The notes: generated from the sequence alone by a model not told the origin. A DNA stretch of 64,000 bases from Epiperipatus broadwayi (GCA_028023455.1 JAQFVV010000006.1:14694001-14758000); one strand, 5' to 3'; shown: positions 11,151-24,692, counted from the stretch's first letter. Translations and numbers: made by a program.

Positions 11151-13959
11151 GAAAATTTTAAAAGAATCACATAATTATTTGTTATGTTGGATTATATCAC
11201 TAATAAAAAAAAAATAAAAAAAAATTGTCGTATGCATATTTTCAAATCAATCCTATCTCATAATGTTTTTTAAAATGTTGTATGAAATGCGGTACATATA
11301 AGTAAAAAAACTTTTACACTTCATTCTTCCAATTTATGGATGATCTAAAGAAAACAAAAAAAATATACATTATAAATTATCAATAGTTATTATTATTACC
11401 AATAACCTTTATCTAGTCATCGTGTTCAGTAGGCTTCCTTTATCCACTTGAGCATTGCAGATATAAAAAAAATTCACACCCATACACTTTATATTAAAAT
11501 ATTTTTAGCTAAATTATTAGATTGTTATATTATAAAATTTTAATATTAATAAATTAATGTTTTTATGTTTTTCCTAATCTTATATAAAAAATTTAGATTT
11601 AAACTAGGTTAACAAAATAAAAGGAATCAAAACTATAATTACATATTTTCTTGACGATAGTTCCTGATAAGTCCAAAATGTTTATTATTTTCTCTAGAGT
11701 TTTTAAAAATGTTCTCCTCCAAGCGCGTTAAAGTTTAAAATAAAAATAATTATTAATCCATTTAGTAAAATTTATAGAAAATAATCCTTGGTTTTAGTAT
11801 TTAGGACGATAATTATTAAATCATAATATTAATTAATCCCGTGAAGCTTCTTAATCTTCTCTACCAATATTCTCTGCGTATCCGATGCATCAATCCATCT
11901 AATTTAACTTTAAAAATATTCGATAAACTTTTAAGTACTATTTGTATTTCCATGGATCCATCTTTTATTCAACTATGTGTTCACTTTTTTATATATGTTT
12001 CCTTCTTGATACATTTAAACTTTCGTTTGGTATTTTTATATATCACTTTAAAAAAAAAAAAAAAATGTTACCTTCAGAAAGGATATAACATTTTACTCCT
12101 TTTGATATAATATTATATAAAATAATTCATGCAATATACAATTGTCTTATTACTATTTAAAAAATAAATCTTGGATAGGCTTATAAATAATAATGCGTCT
12201 CCAATTTTTTCATTAGACTCCGTATGATGTCCGAGCTGTGGTTTTTTTTATGTACCAAAACAGTTCTTCGGTGAAATATTAATAAAGCTGTATCAATAAA
12301 TATTCCAAACATTTTTTCAGTATTACAATTTATATCCATTTTATTTCGTAGTATATCCATTTTTTATTGCGAAGTTTAGGTTAAACTTTTAGATAAAATA
12401 CGACTGGTAAGTACTTTAAAAATTAGAAAATCATTTCCACGAAGTTTCTAAATTATTATATTTTAAAACTCTCTTTTGCAAAAAATACTTTTAAAAATTA
12501 TCAATTAGTTTTTTGCAAATAAAACGATAAGAAAGTACTAAAAAAAAATTGACTAAAATAAAAATTTTAAAAAATACTATCTTTTTGATAGTTATAATTT
12601 ACCTTTCTCCGGTTTCAATACATTATTAATCTCCCCTTATACCCCCGTGCAATTCATATTTATAGTCTGTAAGAATACCTATTCCTATTGGTTAATTCTT
12701 ACTTTAGCTTGAGAACAAATTTACATATTTTTAGTTTATAGTAGAATTGAATTTCAAAATTAGAAATTATGACGTAATAAAATTTAAAAAATATTATTTA
12801 AAATATTACTTTTAAATCAATTATTATTTTATTAAAATTATTTAATCTTTTAAAATAACTTTTAAAATAACATTTAATAACTTATTCCATTTCTTAATAT
12901 TCAATTTATCTATTTTTATTTAAATAAAATATTTAATTTTTATATTATGAATGTATTCATCTTTATTACATCATTTAAGCATGTTATACGATAGTTAACT
13001 TAATGTTTAATACTATTTACTTTTATGATAGGCAATAATTCTATCCAATTCTATAATATAACTTTTAAAATATTTTAAACTTTATTATTAACTCAAACAA
13101 GCGTGTGTGAGAAAGTATGTAATATACAAGTCACATGATTAATAACTTTGACAGACGATTTTTAATCTATTTCTCTGCCTAGATTTATAAAATTGATACA
13201 CTTATTATATTATATAATATAATTATAAAATTTGGAAGAACAATTTAGAAAATATAGAATTAAATACAATTCTCACCATCATAAAGTTTATTTTTAAAAT
13301 ATATTATATTAATTTTGACTATTAAATATGATTATAAATTTAAACACTGTATTTATTAACTTATCAGTTTTAAACTATTAAAATCGAATTTATTAAATAT
13401 ACTTTTAATTTTTATAGCTGTGTTATTTAATATGGCCAGCTTTTACAACCATATGAAACAATATTTTAAACTTTACATAACTATTTTTAAATAATTCACT
13501 ATAATTTTATATACTATGTATTTGCTTTAGCCTCAAATTGTACTTTAAAGATATAATTGACTTAATACAATTACCATATTAAAAGAACATATTCTAAAAT
13601 TTAAAATTTTTAGTAATTGACTGTTATGAACTATTACTGACCTATAGAAAAGGGCACAATATATACACAAGGTTTACCAAAAAAAAAAAAGCCCACTTTC
13701 TGATTAATTACTGTCAAAAGAAATGCAAATTAGTCGGCTATAATTTTTAAATTTAGTATTTCAATAACGGTACCCTTTTTATATAGACAGAGTTAACAAA
13801 AACAGCCCACTTTCTGATTCATTACTGTCCCCAAAAAAAGAAAACGGAAATTAGTCGGGTATCATTTTTCAATTGAATCTTTCAATGACGGTCCTTACTA
13901 ATAGTAGTCAGGTATCGATTCTAAATTGTAGTATATAAATGACGTTACTTTTGATCGAT

Positions 13960-14480
13960 TTAGAATTATGTCTTGCTTTTTTAATAAAAATAATTGATTT
14001 TTACTCTTGACCAAAAATACCAGAACTTTAAAAAAAGACACACATAAAGTCCAAAAAAAAAAATGAGAAAAAGCTCCGTAACTTTAAAGACATACACACA
14101 AACTCAAAAACAATCTAAGATTAATAAACATTGACTTATTACATCTTGCTTTTGAATCAAATGATTGATTTACTCTTGCAAAAAAAATTACCGTAACTTT
14201 AAAAAGACACACATAAAGTCACCAAAAAAAATATTAGAAAATGCCCCGTAACTTTAAAGACACACACACAAATTCAAAAACAAGATAAGATTAATAAACA
14301 TTTACTTATTACGTCTTGCTTTTGAATAAAAGTATTGATTTACTCTTGCAAAAAAACCCCGTAACTTTAAAAAGACACATAAAGTCCAAAAAAAAAAAGT
14401 TAGAAAAACACCGTAACTTTAAAAAGACACACACACACATAAACTCAAAAACAAGATAAGATTAATAAACATTTACAAAA
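13960..14480 (+). repeat. Subterminal tandem repeat, ~3 x ~185 bp
   Basis: Repeated GTCTTGCTTTTGAAT...TTTACTCTTG...CCGTAACTTTAAA...GACACAC...TAAGATTAATAAACATT. Confidence 0.85.
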
Positions 14481-14677
14481 AAAATGAAAAAACTAACATC
14501 ATATAATAGTATTAGTTAGTAGAATATTTTATTATAAATCTAAGAAATCAGATCTTTTTAGATCAAATCGATCATTTAGGTCGGGCCCCGGAATCGTTAT
14601 ATTTATATGTTTTTGATTAGCATCAACGCCATCTCTAGGCGAACACCAAGGATGAGAATACAACCATTTTTTGTTAG

Positions 14678-15088
14678 GTTATATTATTGCATCTATAGTA
14701 ATGAAGTATTGAATCTTTTTTACGGATGTTCTAATGAACAATTAACTATCACCTAAGGTTATTAGAAATCATGGTTTGCTTTTATTGAATTCTTGTACAA
14801 CGATATATATATTGATTGTCATGAATATTTTGTTTATACAGAAAAGTGCTTAAGGAATCTAAATGCATTCATTTGTAATATAAAGACATTTTATGTATTA
14901 TGTTACATAATTATGAGTCAGAATTCAAAAGAAATTCATATTACATGATTATTTACTGGTATGGATTGTTGAACATGTCATAGACTTAGAAAGCTTCAAA
15001 ATTAAAATAATAATTGCATTGCTAGTTTATCTTGGACAATTTAGATATGAATTTTGTGATAGATCTTTAGAAGCATTTATTATTCAAG
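14678..15088 (+). pseudogene. STK36: Decayed STK36-like exon sequence (middle region)
   Basis: Patches IYSNEVLNLF, DVLMNN*LSPKVIRNHGL and FYVLCYIIMSQNSKEI resemble human VFQEAANLF, DLLGKLLAQP..TLRRDSL and FTVLCEAMDGNSRAI, in the correct order. Lesions: frameshift in T-run 14716-21, TAA 14743-45, frameshift before TGA 14946-48. GT donor at 15089. Confidence 0.55.
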
Positions 15089-15129
15089 GTAAATTTCTGT
15101 TGTGTATTTGTATATATATATATTATATG

Positions 15130-15760
15130 GATATCAACAAAATAAGTAACAAACAAATTTAATAACAACGAAAATTAATAACAACAAAAATTATAATAAG
15201 GGATTATCAATGCTAACTAACATGGATATAGAACTGACCCTCACAGCAAAATACCATCAACAGCTATATTGATCGCTTAGCACACAAACAAAGAAAACCC
15301 TATATATATACACACCATGATTGGGTTAAATTCTCACTGCAACAGTCTATCATTCAAGTCTAGCTGAATACAAGTTTAACCAATGAATATACTCACATTT
15401 CGTTCTGTGTTTCCTCCTATAGAGCCTGTTAAACCTATAAAAATAAAAATAAGATCTGTGTGATCTTTAGTCTCTATCCGTCTGTTAGTACCTTCAGATG
15501 CATGGTCTCTGGGATTGCTTCCCCTTGGTGCACAAACCGCCTGTTGCTTTCCGGACAGCTTTTCACTGACTTCTTTTAGCCCTGTTCCAGCCAGTTCCAA
15601 AAAATCAGTACTAACAGTTCACAGTTAAACAAGTTCATAATGAATAAGCAAATAATTCTACAAAAGCAAAAAACTCTCTGTCACACTTTCTATACACGCT
15701 ATTTATATCTCTGACTGATTTCCAGTTTTAATTCTTGAAAACTATCTTATTTCAGTCTGT
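15130..15760 (-). mobile_element. Probable solo LTR
   Basis: Locally GC-richer block with GATATAAATAG TATA-like motif on the minus strand and no ORF; ends not defined. Confidence 0.3.
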
Positions 15761-16288
15761 TTTTTCCTCTGATATTTTTAATTAGTCTTTTTTGACTTCA
15801 ATTGTTTTAAGCAAATATTTTTTATTAGTAAATCTCTCTTATCATTTATCAAGCAGGATTTCTTATTATTTGTTTTTACTTTAAGCAAATATTTCTTACC
15901 ATTTATATTAAATTTGTTTAACTTTCTTTCAAAAGTACACTAATTAATTTTACTCTCATTCGCCTTAATTTTATTTGTTAGCTATTTATTAAATATATTT
16001 CTCTAAATATATTTTCTTTATCTTAGCTTTTTCTGGAGTAATGCATATGTTATTTACTTCTATAATTATTGGGTTTAAATTTAAATATTAGTACGAAACA
16101 TACCAATTTCAATGACTCTTTTTGATTTTCAAGCTTATCATGCTAATGAAAGATGAAATTATTTTAAGGAATATGTCATGAATATAAGTAAGCCTAATTT
16201 TGTGTGCACTAAAGAAGAAAAAAACTGATTCTCTGAGAATGATTCTGTTATTAATTTACACGGCATATGCACTGTGATTTTATTATGA

Positions 16289-16536
16289 TACCCGAACGAT
16301 GCCTTGTTGAGTACTGAAGACACTCTCAAACCAAGGCGTAAGATAGAGACTTTTGAAAAGATAGGAGTGGCCATCTTATCTTTTGTATCTAAATTTAGTT
16401 ACATAGGTTAATCTAAAGTACCTTAGATTGAAAGCGTGAAGACATTTCTTTATTCACTTTACATTCATTAATTTCTTGCTATGTATTAGCAGTTGTGAAA
16501 TTTTTCAATTTAGTATGTGTCAATATTTGCCTGAAG
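16289..16536 (+). pseudogene. STK36: Second STK36-like exon remnant
   Basis: ETFEKIGVAILS resembles human EQSEDIPGAISS; ends VCVNICLK|gt (human LCLHLLK). Intervening stops and weak acceptors. Confidence 0.35.
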
Positions 16537-16569
16537 GTTTGTGATAATAGTATATTGGATGTGATAACA

Positions 16570-17225
16570 TGTTGGACTATTTCCATCATCTATCATTAAA
16601 AATTGAATGTATAGAAAGTTTTAAACTTTATTTAAATTTTTCAAATGCAAACAATTTTTTAAGAATAACACACAAATAGACAACTCAGGTTAGTAATTAT
16701 GCAACGTTTCGAATAGTATTTTTATCCACTCATCTTCAGGTGTTGCTGGCTGACCAGTGACAATATTAGCATAGGAGTTAAACTTACACTTTTAGATTCT
16801 CAAATATCAAATTTTAAGGCTATGCTCTAACTAACTGGGCTATTCTATCAAAGCCAACAGATAGTAGAAAACTTATATATTTATATATGAGAATTGATTA
16901 AAAAAAAAAATTTTAAATCTCAGAAAGATTTGAACCAATCCTCATATATAAATATATGAATTTTCCACTATCTGTTGCCTTTGACAGAATAGCTCAGTTA
17001 GTTAGACTATTGCCTTAAAATTCACTATTCAAGAAGCTCAAGGTGTAAGTTTGACTTCTATGTTAATATCGTCCCTGGTCAGGCCAGCAACACCTTTAGA
17101 AGTATGAAGAATACTATTCGAAACATTGTATAATTACTAACCTGTGTTGTCTATTTGTGTGTTATTACTAACAAGTTGTTTGTATTTGAAAATGTTTAAA
17201 TAAAGTTTAAAATTATATTTAATAT
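16570..17225. repeat. Imperfect palindrome of a hammerhead-bearing pLTR-like unit (family H3)
   Basis: Arms ~16615-16899 and ~16935-17218 are inverted. Minus strand ACAC-CTGAAGA-T-GAGTGG..CTATTC-GAAA-CG-TT at 16698-16743. Related copies at 39565-40045 and ~46530-46710. Confidence 0.75.
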
Positions 17226-17249
17226 TTTTATGATTATATAATATAAATA

Positions 17250-18900
17250 AAGTAGTTTTTGGGTCAAACTGTGTGTTATTTTTGTTCCCAATGTTTCCAT
17301 GAAATAGCATCTACCATTGTCAAGGTTATCTTTTCACAGAAAAACCATTAGATTTCAAATAGTAATGAGATTGAGCGTGAGGTAAAGAATGAGATTGGGT
17401 GTGAAGTAGTTGAGCATTCTGAGTATGTAGATTAACAAAATGTTTATTTCCTTCAATTTCACCATTAATTGATTTTAAGTTTATATTAGAAGAAAGAGAT
17501 AAAATAAATGGTCTCCATAAGGTTGAAATATGTTGTGTTTCACAGCTCTATTTAAAGCAGTTGGTCTTTTTAATATTTCAATCAACTCCATGGTTCTCAT
17601 TTCTTTCCAAATTAGCAAGTATTTTGGCATTATCAAAATTAGGATTGTGATCAATTTCTAAAAAATGTGAAATAAAAACTGGTATATTTAACTTCTGAAT
17701 AAAGGCATTTTTATTATCATTAATTCTGGCATTAATTTGTATATTAGATTGACCTACATAATTTTTCAAGCACTGTAAACATGGTATTTCATAACCCCCC
17801 TGGTATTCCAAAAGTACTCTGTTTTTAAGCTTGTGGGAAAAAATCACCAATTTTTTTGCTAGTGGAGAAAGTAATCTTTATGTTAAAATTAGATAGTCTT
17901 CTTCTGACTTTATCAGTGACTCCTTTAATATAAGGTAAAACCACTCTATAACTCCTTGAATTATCAATTTTATCCTCTTTCTTCGTTTTAGTCTCAATGC
18001 TATGTATCACCTTGTATATGATGTTTTTTGTGTAATTAATAGAAAGTAGAATATTTTTTGTTAGTTCTATTTCTTGAGTAAGATGATCTTTATCCGACAA
18101 ACTACAAGCTCTTGTCAGAAGATTTTTTGCTACAGAAAATATTTGCGCAGGATGATGATGAGAATTAAAATTAAGATATCTTTTGTATGGGTGGATTTTC
18201 TGTAAACCGATATTGCTAAGGAGTCATCACATTTTCTTGCACTCAAAACATCTAAGAAAGTGATTGTTATTTTCAACTTCCATAGTAAATTTAATATTAG
18301 GATGCCAACCATTAAGAAAAACAAGAAAAGAGTTCAAAGCATCAATACCATGAGGTCACATATCTGAGTCAAATAGAAGATTTCTTAGTAGCTGCATTTA
18401 ATACTTAACTTTCAAAATTATTCATGAAGAGATGAGCAATTACAGGTGACAATGGAGATCCCATGGATTTGTTTATACTTTTGAAAATCATGAATAAAAA
18501 GTGTATTTTCAAGGCAATGTTTTGCTAATGGAATAATAAGAGTGGGCGGGTGTATTGAGCTATTATAGATAAAGCTTCCTCAACAGGAATATTAATAAAC
18601 CTAAAAGAAGCATTAAAACTAATCAATAAATCAGTTTTATGACTTGAATTCTTAATTCTGGATGAAATGTTATCTGTTACTGATTGTAAACATCGGGCTA
18701 AATATCTAGCCAAAGCGTATGTGGAAGAACCTATAGCATATACAACGGGCTATTTTAGACAAACCATAAAATTTAGGATATAATGAAGAGCCTTCTCTTG
18801 GAGAAATTTTAATTTTCATATCCTCATCTATACTGGAACATTTTACAAGACATTTTTCTATACATTCAGTATTTAATGATAGATAATGGAAATAGTTCAA
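17250..18900 (-). mobile_element. Penelope-like element (RT + GIY-YIG), pseudogenised, with 3' UTR
   Basis: Fragments FYGLSKI, SFNASFRFINIP, ITFLDV...VYRKSTHT, LPYIKGVTDKV, GYEIPC..C.KNYVGQS; hammerhead-like remnant at 17287-17326. Confidence 0.9.
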
Positions 18901-19279
18901 CATCTATTACGTGTTAATATTACATGTGTACATACAATCTCTGCATTAGTAAATAAAATTGAATATTACATAGATTCTATTATTAGAAAATTGATTAAAA
19001 AAAAAAGTGACATTTTTCACTTGGCAAAATAATGGATTCAAAACATTATAAGCAATATAGAGATTTAAAGACAAAATTTCTATAACTAACAAGAAGAATT
19101 AAAAATGATTGGAGAATTAAAACTGTAAAGTGTAACAGTTCATTTCCTAATTGTAATCATTTGACATCTTTTATTATGAATGGATTTGAAAGGAAAAAAT
19201 GATATTGTTATATTATTAAATCTATAAATACTACACGTAAAGTAATGAAGATATTTCAAGCAGATGGAGGAAATATTTT

Positions 19280-19990
19280 AATCACTCTTTGAATAAAGGT
19301 GTAAGAATTGAGGTGAGTCTATCGATTCATTTAAATATAGATTTACAAAGATATTCACTCAATGAAGTTAAAGCAGCTCTTTGTAATCTTAAAAAGGGAC
19401 TGGCTGTAGATCATGTTGAGATACCGGGAGAAGTTTTAAAATATGGTTGGAATGTGTTAGCTTCAAATTTGTTGAAATTTTGTAGGAATATTTATGTTCG
19501 TGAAAGATTCTTCAATTGTATCACTTTATAAAAATAAAAGCTTTAGAAAACATTGCAATAATTATCACGGAATAACAATTTTATTTACTACAGTAAAAAT
19601 ACTTTTAAGGGTTTTGTTGAATAAATTGTTTCCAGTCGTAAATAAGTGGTTGCCAGATACCCATTATGGTTTTACATAATCAAGAAACATTATAGACATG
19701 CTTTTTGTTCCCAGGCAAATATAACAGAAATATTGGTAGCAACGATGCTATTTATTTACGCATTACTTTTATACATTTGATCAAGGCATTTCATTGGATT
19801 AATTGAACAGGCTTGTGTCACTGTTTGAAAATATCCCCATTATCCACAAAAGTTTTTTCTTATAATTTAGCTTCTATATGATAATATGAGAGAAAGGGTT
19901 ATTTCTGATGATATGAGACTTGAAATGAAAATTATTGTTAACAAGGAATATATATTACCTTCAGTTCTATTTCTTTTGTTTATGACAATG
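19280..19990 (+). mobile_element. Decayed RTE LINE RT fragment
   Basis: EVKAAL..LKKGLAVDHVEIPGEVLKYG and CNNYHGITILFTTVKILLRVLLNKL...LPDTHYGF. Confidence 0.75.
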
Positions 19991-20190
19991 CTTTTAGGAA
20001 TAGTTTAAATGTCTTTAACTAGAGGATAAAATAGATACAAACACCCTAAAACTCTTGTCATTGGCAAGCTTGGTAAATGACACCTCATTTATTGTTTTCT
20101 GGGGGAGGGGTATCAGATGGGTATTTGCTTATGGTGGTTTATTTAAACATTATTTTAGCTTTTATATTTTTATACTTTTTTTTTATGTAG

Positions 20191-20289
20191 ATTATTTATT
20201 CTGTAAGCCAGATTTCTTTAAAATTCTGTAATCTGATTGGTAATAATACAGACCACATGGATTCGTTAATAGCAGTTTTACTTGGAAAG
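20191..20289 (+). CDS. STK36: STK36/Fused exon (IIYSVSQISLKFCNLIG...VLLGK)
   Basis: tag| acceptor, |gtaaaa donor, phase 0/0; matches human VLYSCCLVSEGLCRLLG...IQGK. Confidence 0.85.
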
Positions 20290-20372
20290 GTAAAAGTAAT
20301 TTTTTAAAAGTATTTTCATATCGCACTTTTTTTTATTTTTTATAGTTATATACCTTTTTATTTTTAATATAG

Positions 20373-20467
20373 ATTCCACTAATTGAAATTCATGTTACTG
20401 TTGTCATGGAGATGCTTCTGCATACATTAAGTGTTTTAATACTGCAACTAAAATGTATGCCCAAAAA
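20373..20467 (+). CDS. STK36: STK36 exon (IPLIEIH...LQLKCMPK)
   Basis: tag|, |gtaag, phase 0/2; matches human ..EVTLYFLSLLVFRLQNLP. Confidence 0.85.
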
Positions 20468-21971
20468 GTAAGAAAAAGGCATGGGAAATGAGTGTATTTT
20501 AATGGTTGTATTTGTTTTAGGATGATATCATTTTATTTGTTATTATATGACATCCGTTAACTGCTTTTTTTAGTGTTTTTTTTAAAAAAGTCATACATTT
20601 TCAAATATATTCAACTGTTAGTAATAACAAATAGATTACTATAGACTACAATGTGTCAAATGATATTATTCTCCTCCAGCTATTGCTGGTGTGAGCATTT
20701 GAGCTTAATCAGTAATTTTTAAATTCATGTATACTGAATTGAAGATGTCATTCTAGTCACTTAGACTCTGTCAAAAAAAAAAACCCATATGGCTTTTTTA
20801 CTCAGAAGTTCATAAAAAGTTTGAACACCAGACCTGTGAGTGTCAGAATCGATCCTGGGACCTCCTGGTTTAGATTAAATGCAATTTAACCACAAATATT
20901 CTTAACAGTATCTAATTACATTATAAATTATATATACTTCTATATACATTATAAATATACCTAAGCCTGTGGGCATACATAAATCATATAGATCAATACT
21001 ACCTGCAAGAGTCCTAGCTGACTGTTTTCACATTCGGAGGCCAGCTCTCTGCACTTGAAGTCCCTGTGCCAAGAGAGACATTCTGCTCCAGCTTAGGTCT
21101 GTGTGCACAGGTGAAGCTCCAAGAATCAAGCGTTCTTTTCTTGATCTGATTTGCACTGAGTTCATTCATTGTTTCGATCCCTGAAGTTGATTGGCTCGTA
21201 TTCCCATCCATCCTCTCAGGTGATTATTCCTTTCACTGCTTCATGCTGCATACAAGAATTTAAAATCATCATCACTCTATCTTTAATTAATGAATTATTT
21301 TTGAGCTTATAGTTTATCTCATGCAGGAAATCTTAACTTGAATTCCTTTAATGGTTTTATATCTCATTATCATACTGAATTCCACTCTCATTAATTAAAC
21401 TGTTTTTATTTTTAGAAAAGTTATAAATAATTTTTATTTCATATTTTAAAAGAATCAGTCTTTTAAAATTCTTTATTTAAACTTATTATTTATTTTCATT
21501 AGTAATTTATAGCCTATATATGTATGTGCATTTAAGCATGCACATATATATCATATAATAAAGAAGAAAATGTGAATATGTACAAAACATTATATATTTA
21601 TCCAGTAATTGATCATTTAAACATGAATGGATAATTATATAATATATGTGTTGTACACGGATTTGCAGCATATTTTATATGTGTAGAAATATTTGTATTT
21701 ATGTCAGTGCATTACAATTAGTATATTTCATTTATACATGTTTATGTATATATATATATTATGCACACAAACATATTTATATAGAACTATATTAATGAAA
21801 AATAATGTAAAAGTATAAATAGAGAAAAAATATCATTACTTTTGTATTGTCGCTATAATTATAAATGCATAATAATAATATGTTTCATCACGGTATAATA
21901 TATATATAATAGTTATATGGGAGAGAAGAATGGGAATTGTGATTCATGAAAGAAAAACATAGATGTCACTA

Positions 21972-22967
21972 TATATATTATTTTGTAAATATTTACAATA
22001 ATGTACGTTACACTGAAGAGATCAGTGAAATGTTACTGAAAGAATCTTTTTTGTATTAAAAAGTCTATTTGCTGTTATGCAGTCTTTTTTTGATGACATT
22101 TGTTTATAAAATACAATGTATATATATATGATTATTTTCAATATTTGTTTTATCACCTTATTTATTAAAGGTAACCATTTAATTATGTATATTAAGTCCT
22201 CTATCCAAATTACTCAAGTAGTGTAATTAATAATTATTTAACCATTGGTATTCTTCTTCCGAAAACTGTATTAGAAATATGTTTATGCTACCTGAAAACG
22301 AGATCTTATGCTGGGGTGGTCTTCTTTATTATTAATAATGTAGATTTGTTCTCAATTTCAGCAATCCTCTGAGACAAATAAGATAATTGTAATTTACAAT
22401 CAGGATATTATGATCCCTTTAATAATGTTTAAAGGTCTCTTCTAAGATTTAAATGTCACCACAATATTATATATTATTTTGTAAATATTTATAATAATGT
22501 ACGTTACACTGAAGAGATCAGTGAAATGTTACTGAAAGAATCTTTTTTGTATTAAAAAGTCTATTTGCTGTTATGCAGTCTTTTTTTGATGACATTTGTT
22601 TATAAAATACAATGTATATATATATGATTATTTTCAATATTTGTTTTATCACCTTATTTATTAAAGTTAACCATTTAATTATGTATATTAAGTCCTCTAT
22701 CCAAATTACTCAAGTAGTGTAATTAATAATTATTTAACCATTGGTATTCTTCTTCCAAAAACTGTATTAGAAATATGTTTATGCTACCTGAAAACGAGAT
22801 CTTATGCTGGGGTGGTCTTCTTTATTATTAATAATGTAGATTTGTTCTCAATTTCAGCAATCCTCTGAGACAAATAAGATAATTGTAATTTACAATCAGG
22901 ATATTATGATCCCTTTAATAATGTTTAAAGGTCTCTGCTAAGATTTAAATGTCACCACAATATTATA
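21972..22967 (+). repeat. Tandem duplication, period 496 bp
   Basis: Two copies with 4 substitutions seen by eye. Confidence 0.95.
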
Positions 22968-24241
22968 ATTTAACGGAAAAATTTAATCGTCTCTTTAACC
23001 ACCATCTCCACTAAATAAATACTGTAAAACTAAAAGACATTACATGACCCCAGTTTACATAAAGCTTTATTAGAAACAGACTCCATTTATATTACTCTTA
23101 GTTCTGGCAATTAATATAACTTGAGTAATTTGTAGGTGCTAGATGGTAGCATTTATTAAATTCCCTATTCTTGCCTAACAGTGTGGCCTAACACTGGATA
23201 GGGATTTATTAAACTAGTATCCATTAATTATTCATTCTTACAATAAGTGGCAGAATTGAAATTGCATAAATAAATAAATCAGGGAGGAGAGTATTTTAAT
23301 GTAGTAATATTTGATTAGTATGGCAAGTAGCCAAATTAATGAATTATTAGAATTGTTATTAGAACTAGTCCATTACTGATTGTCTTGTATCTCATGCTCA
23401 GTTTCTGGAAGAAAGATTTTGTCAAATGATTGCTAATGGTAATGATTTCCAGCATAATCTATGCAATATAGATGATCATGGTATCTTGGTTGACTTTTGG
23501 CAATATGACAGCAAATGTTTAATCCTAAAATAGTGATAGTTGTAGTGATGAAACTTTTTATTGACTTAATAATAGTATTTAAATCTAATGACCGTTGAAT
23601 GTGGCTGATAATTTGATTCTTCTTTTAGGTATTTTTATGTAAAATATTTTTTTCAATTCTAGTCTACTACTTGTGGTGAACTGGCTGCAATAATAAATTT
23701 ATTTCCATTTTTAGTGCCATTTAGTTCATCCTGTTTTTGACCGGACTTCTTTTTTTTTTTTTTTTTTGATAATTAATAAAATAATGATCATGAAGAAGTT
23801 TTTATTGTTGTTTTTATTCTTTAGTTTTTATATTAATAGTTCTTAAACAATATGTCTCATAATCATTTTGCCTTATTGGACAATTGTTTCTGATACCACT
23901 GGTTGGATTTTAGCCAAACATATGTCCTTAGCCAATTTTATTCTGAGATCTGTACTGTAGTTTAATTCCTATTTTAAGTTTGAGATATTAAGATGAAATT
24001 TGAAATAACATTTTAAGTTAATTTAATTATATTGTATTTATTCTGCTCCAAGTTAATAAACTAATTGAAATCTGCTAACTTATACAAACATTTTGTTTTG
24101 TTGTCATTATTGTGGCTTGATATTATTTATTATACTATTCATTAAAAAGAATTATTAGTTAAGCTACTAACTACTTAATTTGATACCATTTCCAATTTTC
24201 CTATACACTTAACAATACTCTTTTTTACACCAAAACTTTAC

Positions 24242-24280
24242 TCTTACTGTTTCGACTGTCCTGCAGTCACCATCAGAGAT
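24242..24280 (-). ncRNA. Degenerate minimal hammerhead (family H2)
   Basis: TCT-CTGATGG-T-GACTG CAGGA CAGTC-GAAA-CAG-TA-AGA; A9 mutated to G. Confidence 0.5.
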
Positions 24281-24692
24281 CTTTATAATTCTATTTTCAA
24301 AAACTGATTCCAAAAAAAAAAAAAAATGAAAGGAGGAAGAAGAAGAAAATTGTATTATTTAATTTGAATAGGTGACAAATATGTTTTCATAAATAATTCA
24401 TTAATTATTCGAAAAAATAAAATCTAATGCACAATGATATATGACATTGATTTGTAACAACTATGGGTGAAAACAAAATTAATGTTTAAATATAGCATAT
24501 TGCCCAATTTTCCATAACTGTTCAGAAAAGAAACCCTTCAAAGAAGGCATTTTAATGATGTTGTTGGCTTGCAATAAGACACAATCTTGTTTATAACATT
24601 ATAAATAAAACTTTTAAATTATACTATGAATATAACTTGAAATATAGTTTAATATTGCAACTTATTAAAGATAATTACCATTAATGTTTTAG

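Larger units (their letters stand above)
7906..14665. mobile_element. 6.76-kb TIR-bounded element, Merlin- or MULE-like termini, no recognisable transposase
   Basis: ~39-bp TIR GGTTGTWTTCTCATCCTTGGTGTTCGCCT at 7906 and inverted ending 14665; identical 8-bp flanks ATTTTTTG (7898-7905, 14666-14673). Confidence 0.7.

Noticed and set aside
13960-14480. Regular repeats as a CRISPR-like array
   Set aside because: Eukaryotic context, long units with no unique spacers, and no cas genes.
16320-16536. Rescue model: exons 16320-16406 and 16490-16536 joined by an 83-nt intron keep an open frame into 20191
   Set aside because: Phases fit, but the first acceptor is poor and ~35 aa of expected sequence is missing; it cannot be accepted without RNA data.
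20830-20895. tRNA-like A/B boxes (also near 25250 and 63620)
   Set aside because: No cloverleaf; at most decayed SINE heads, not tRNA genes.
23893-23902. Minus-strand TGGTATCAGA, resembling a tRNA-Met PBS
   Set aside because: No supporting LTR pair or coding sequence.
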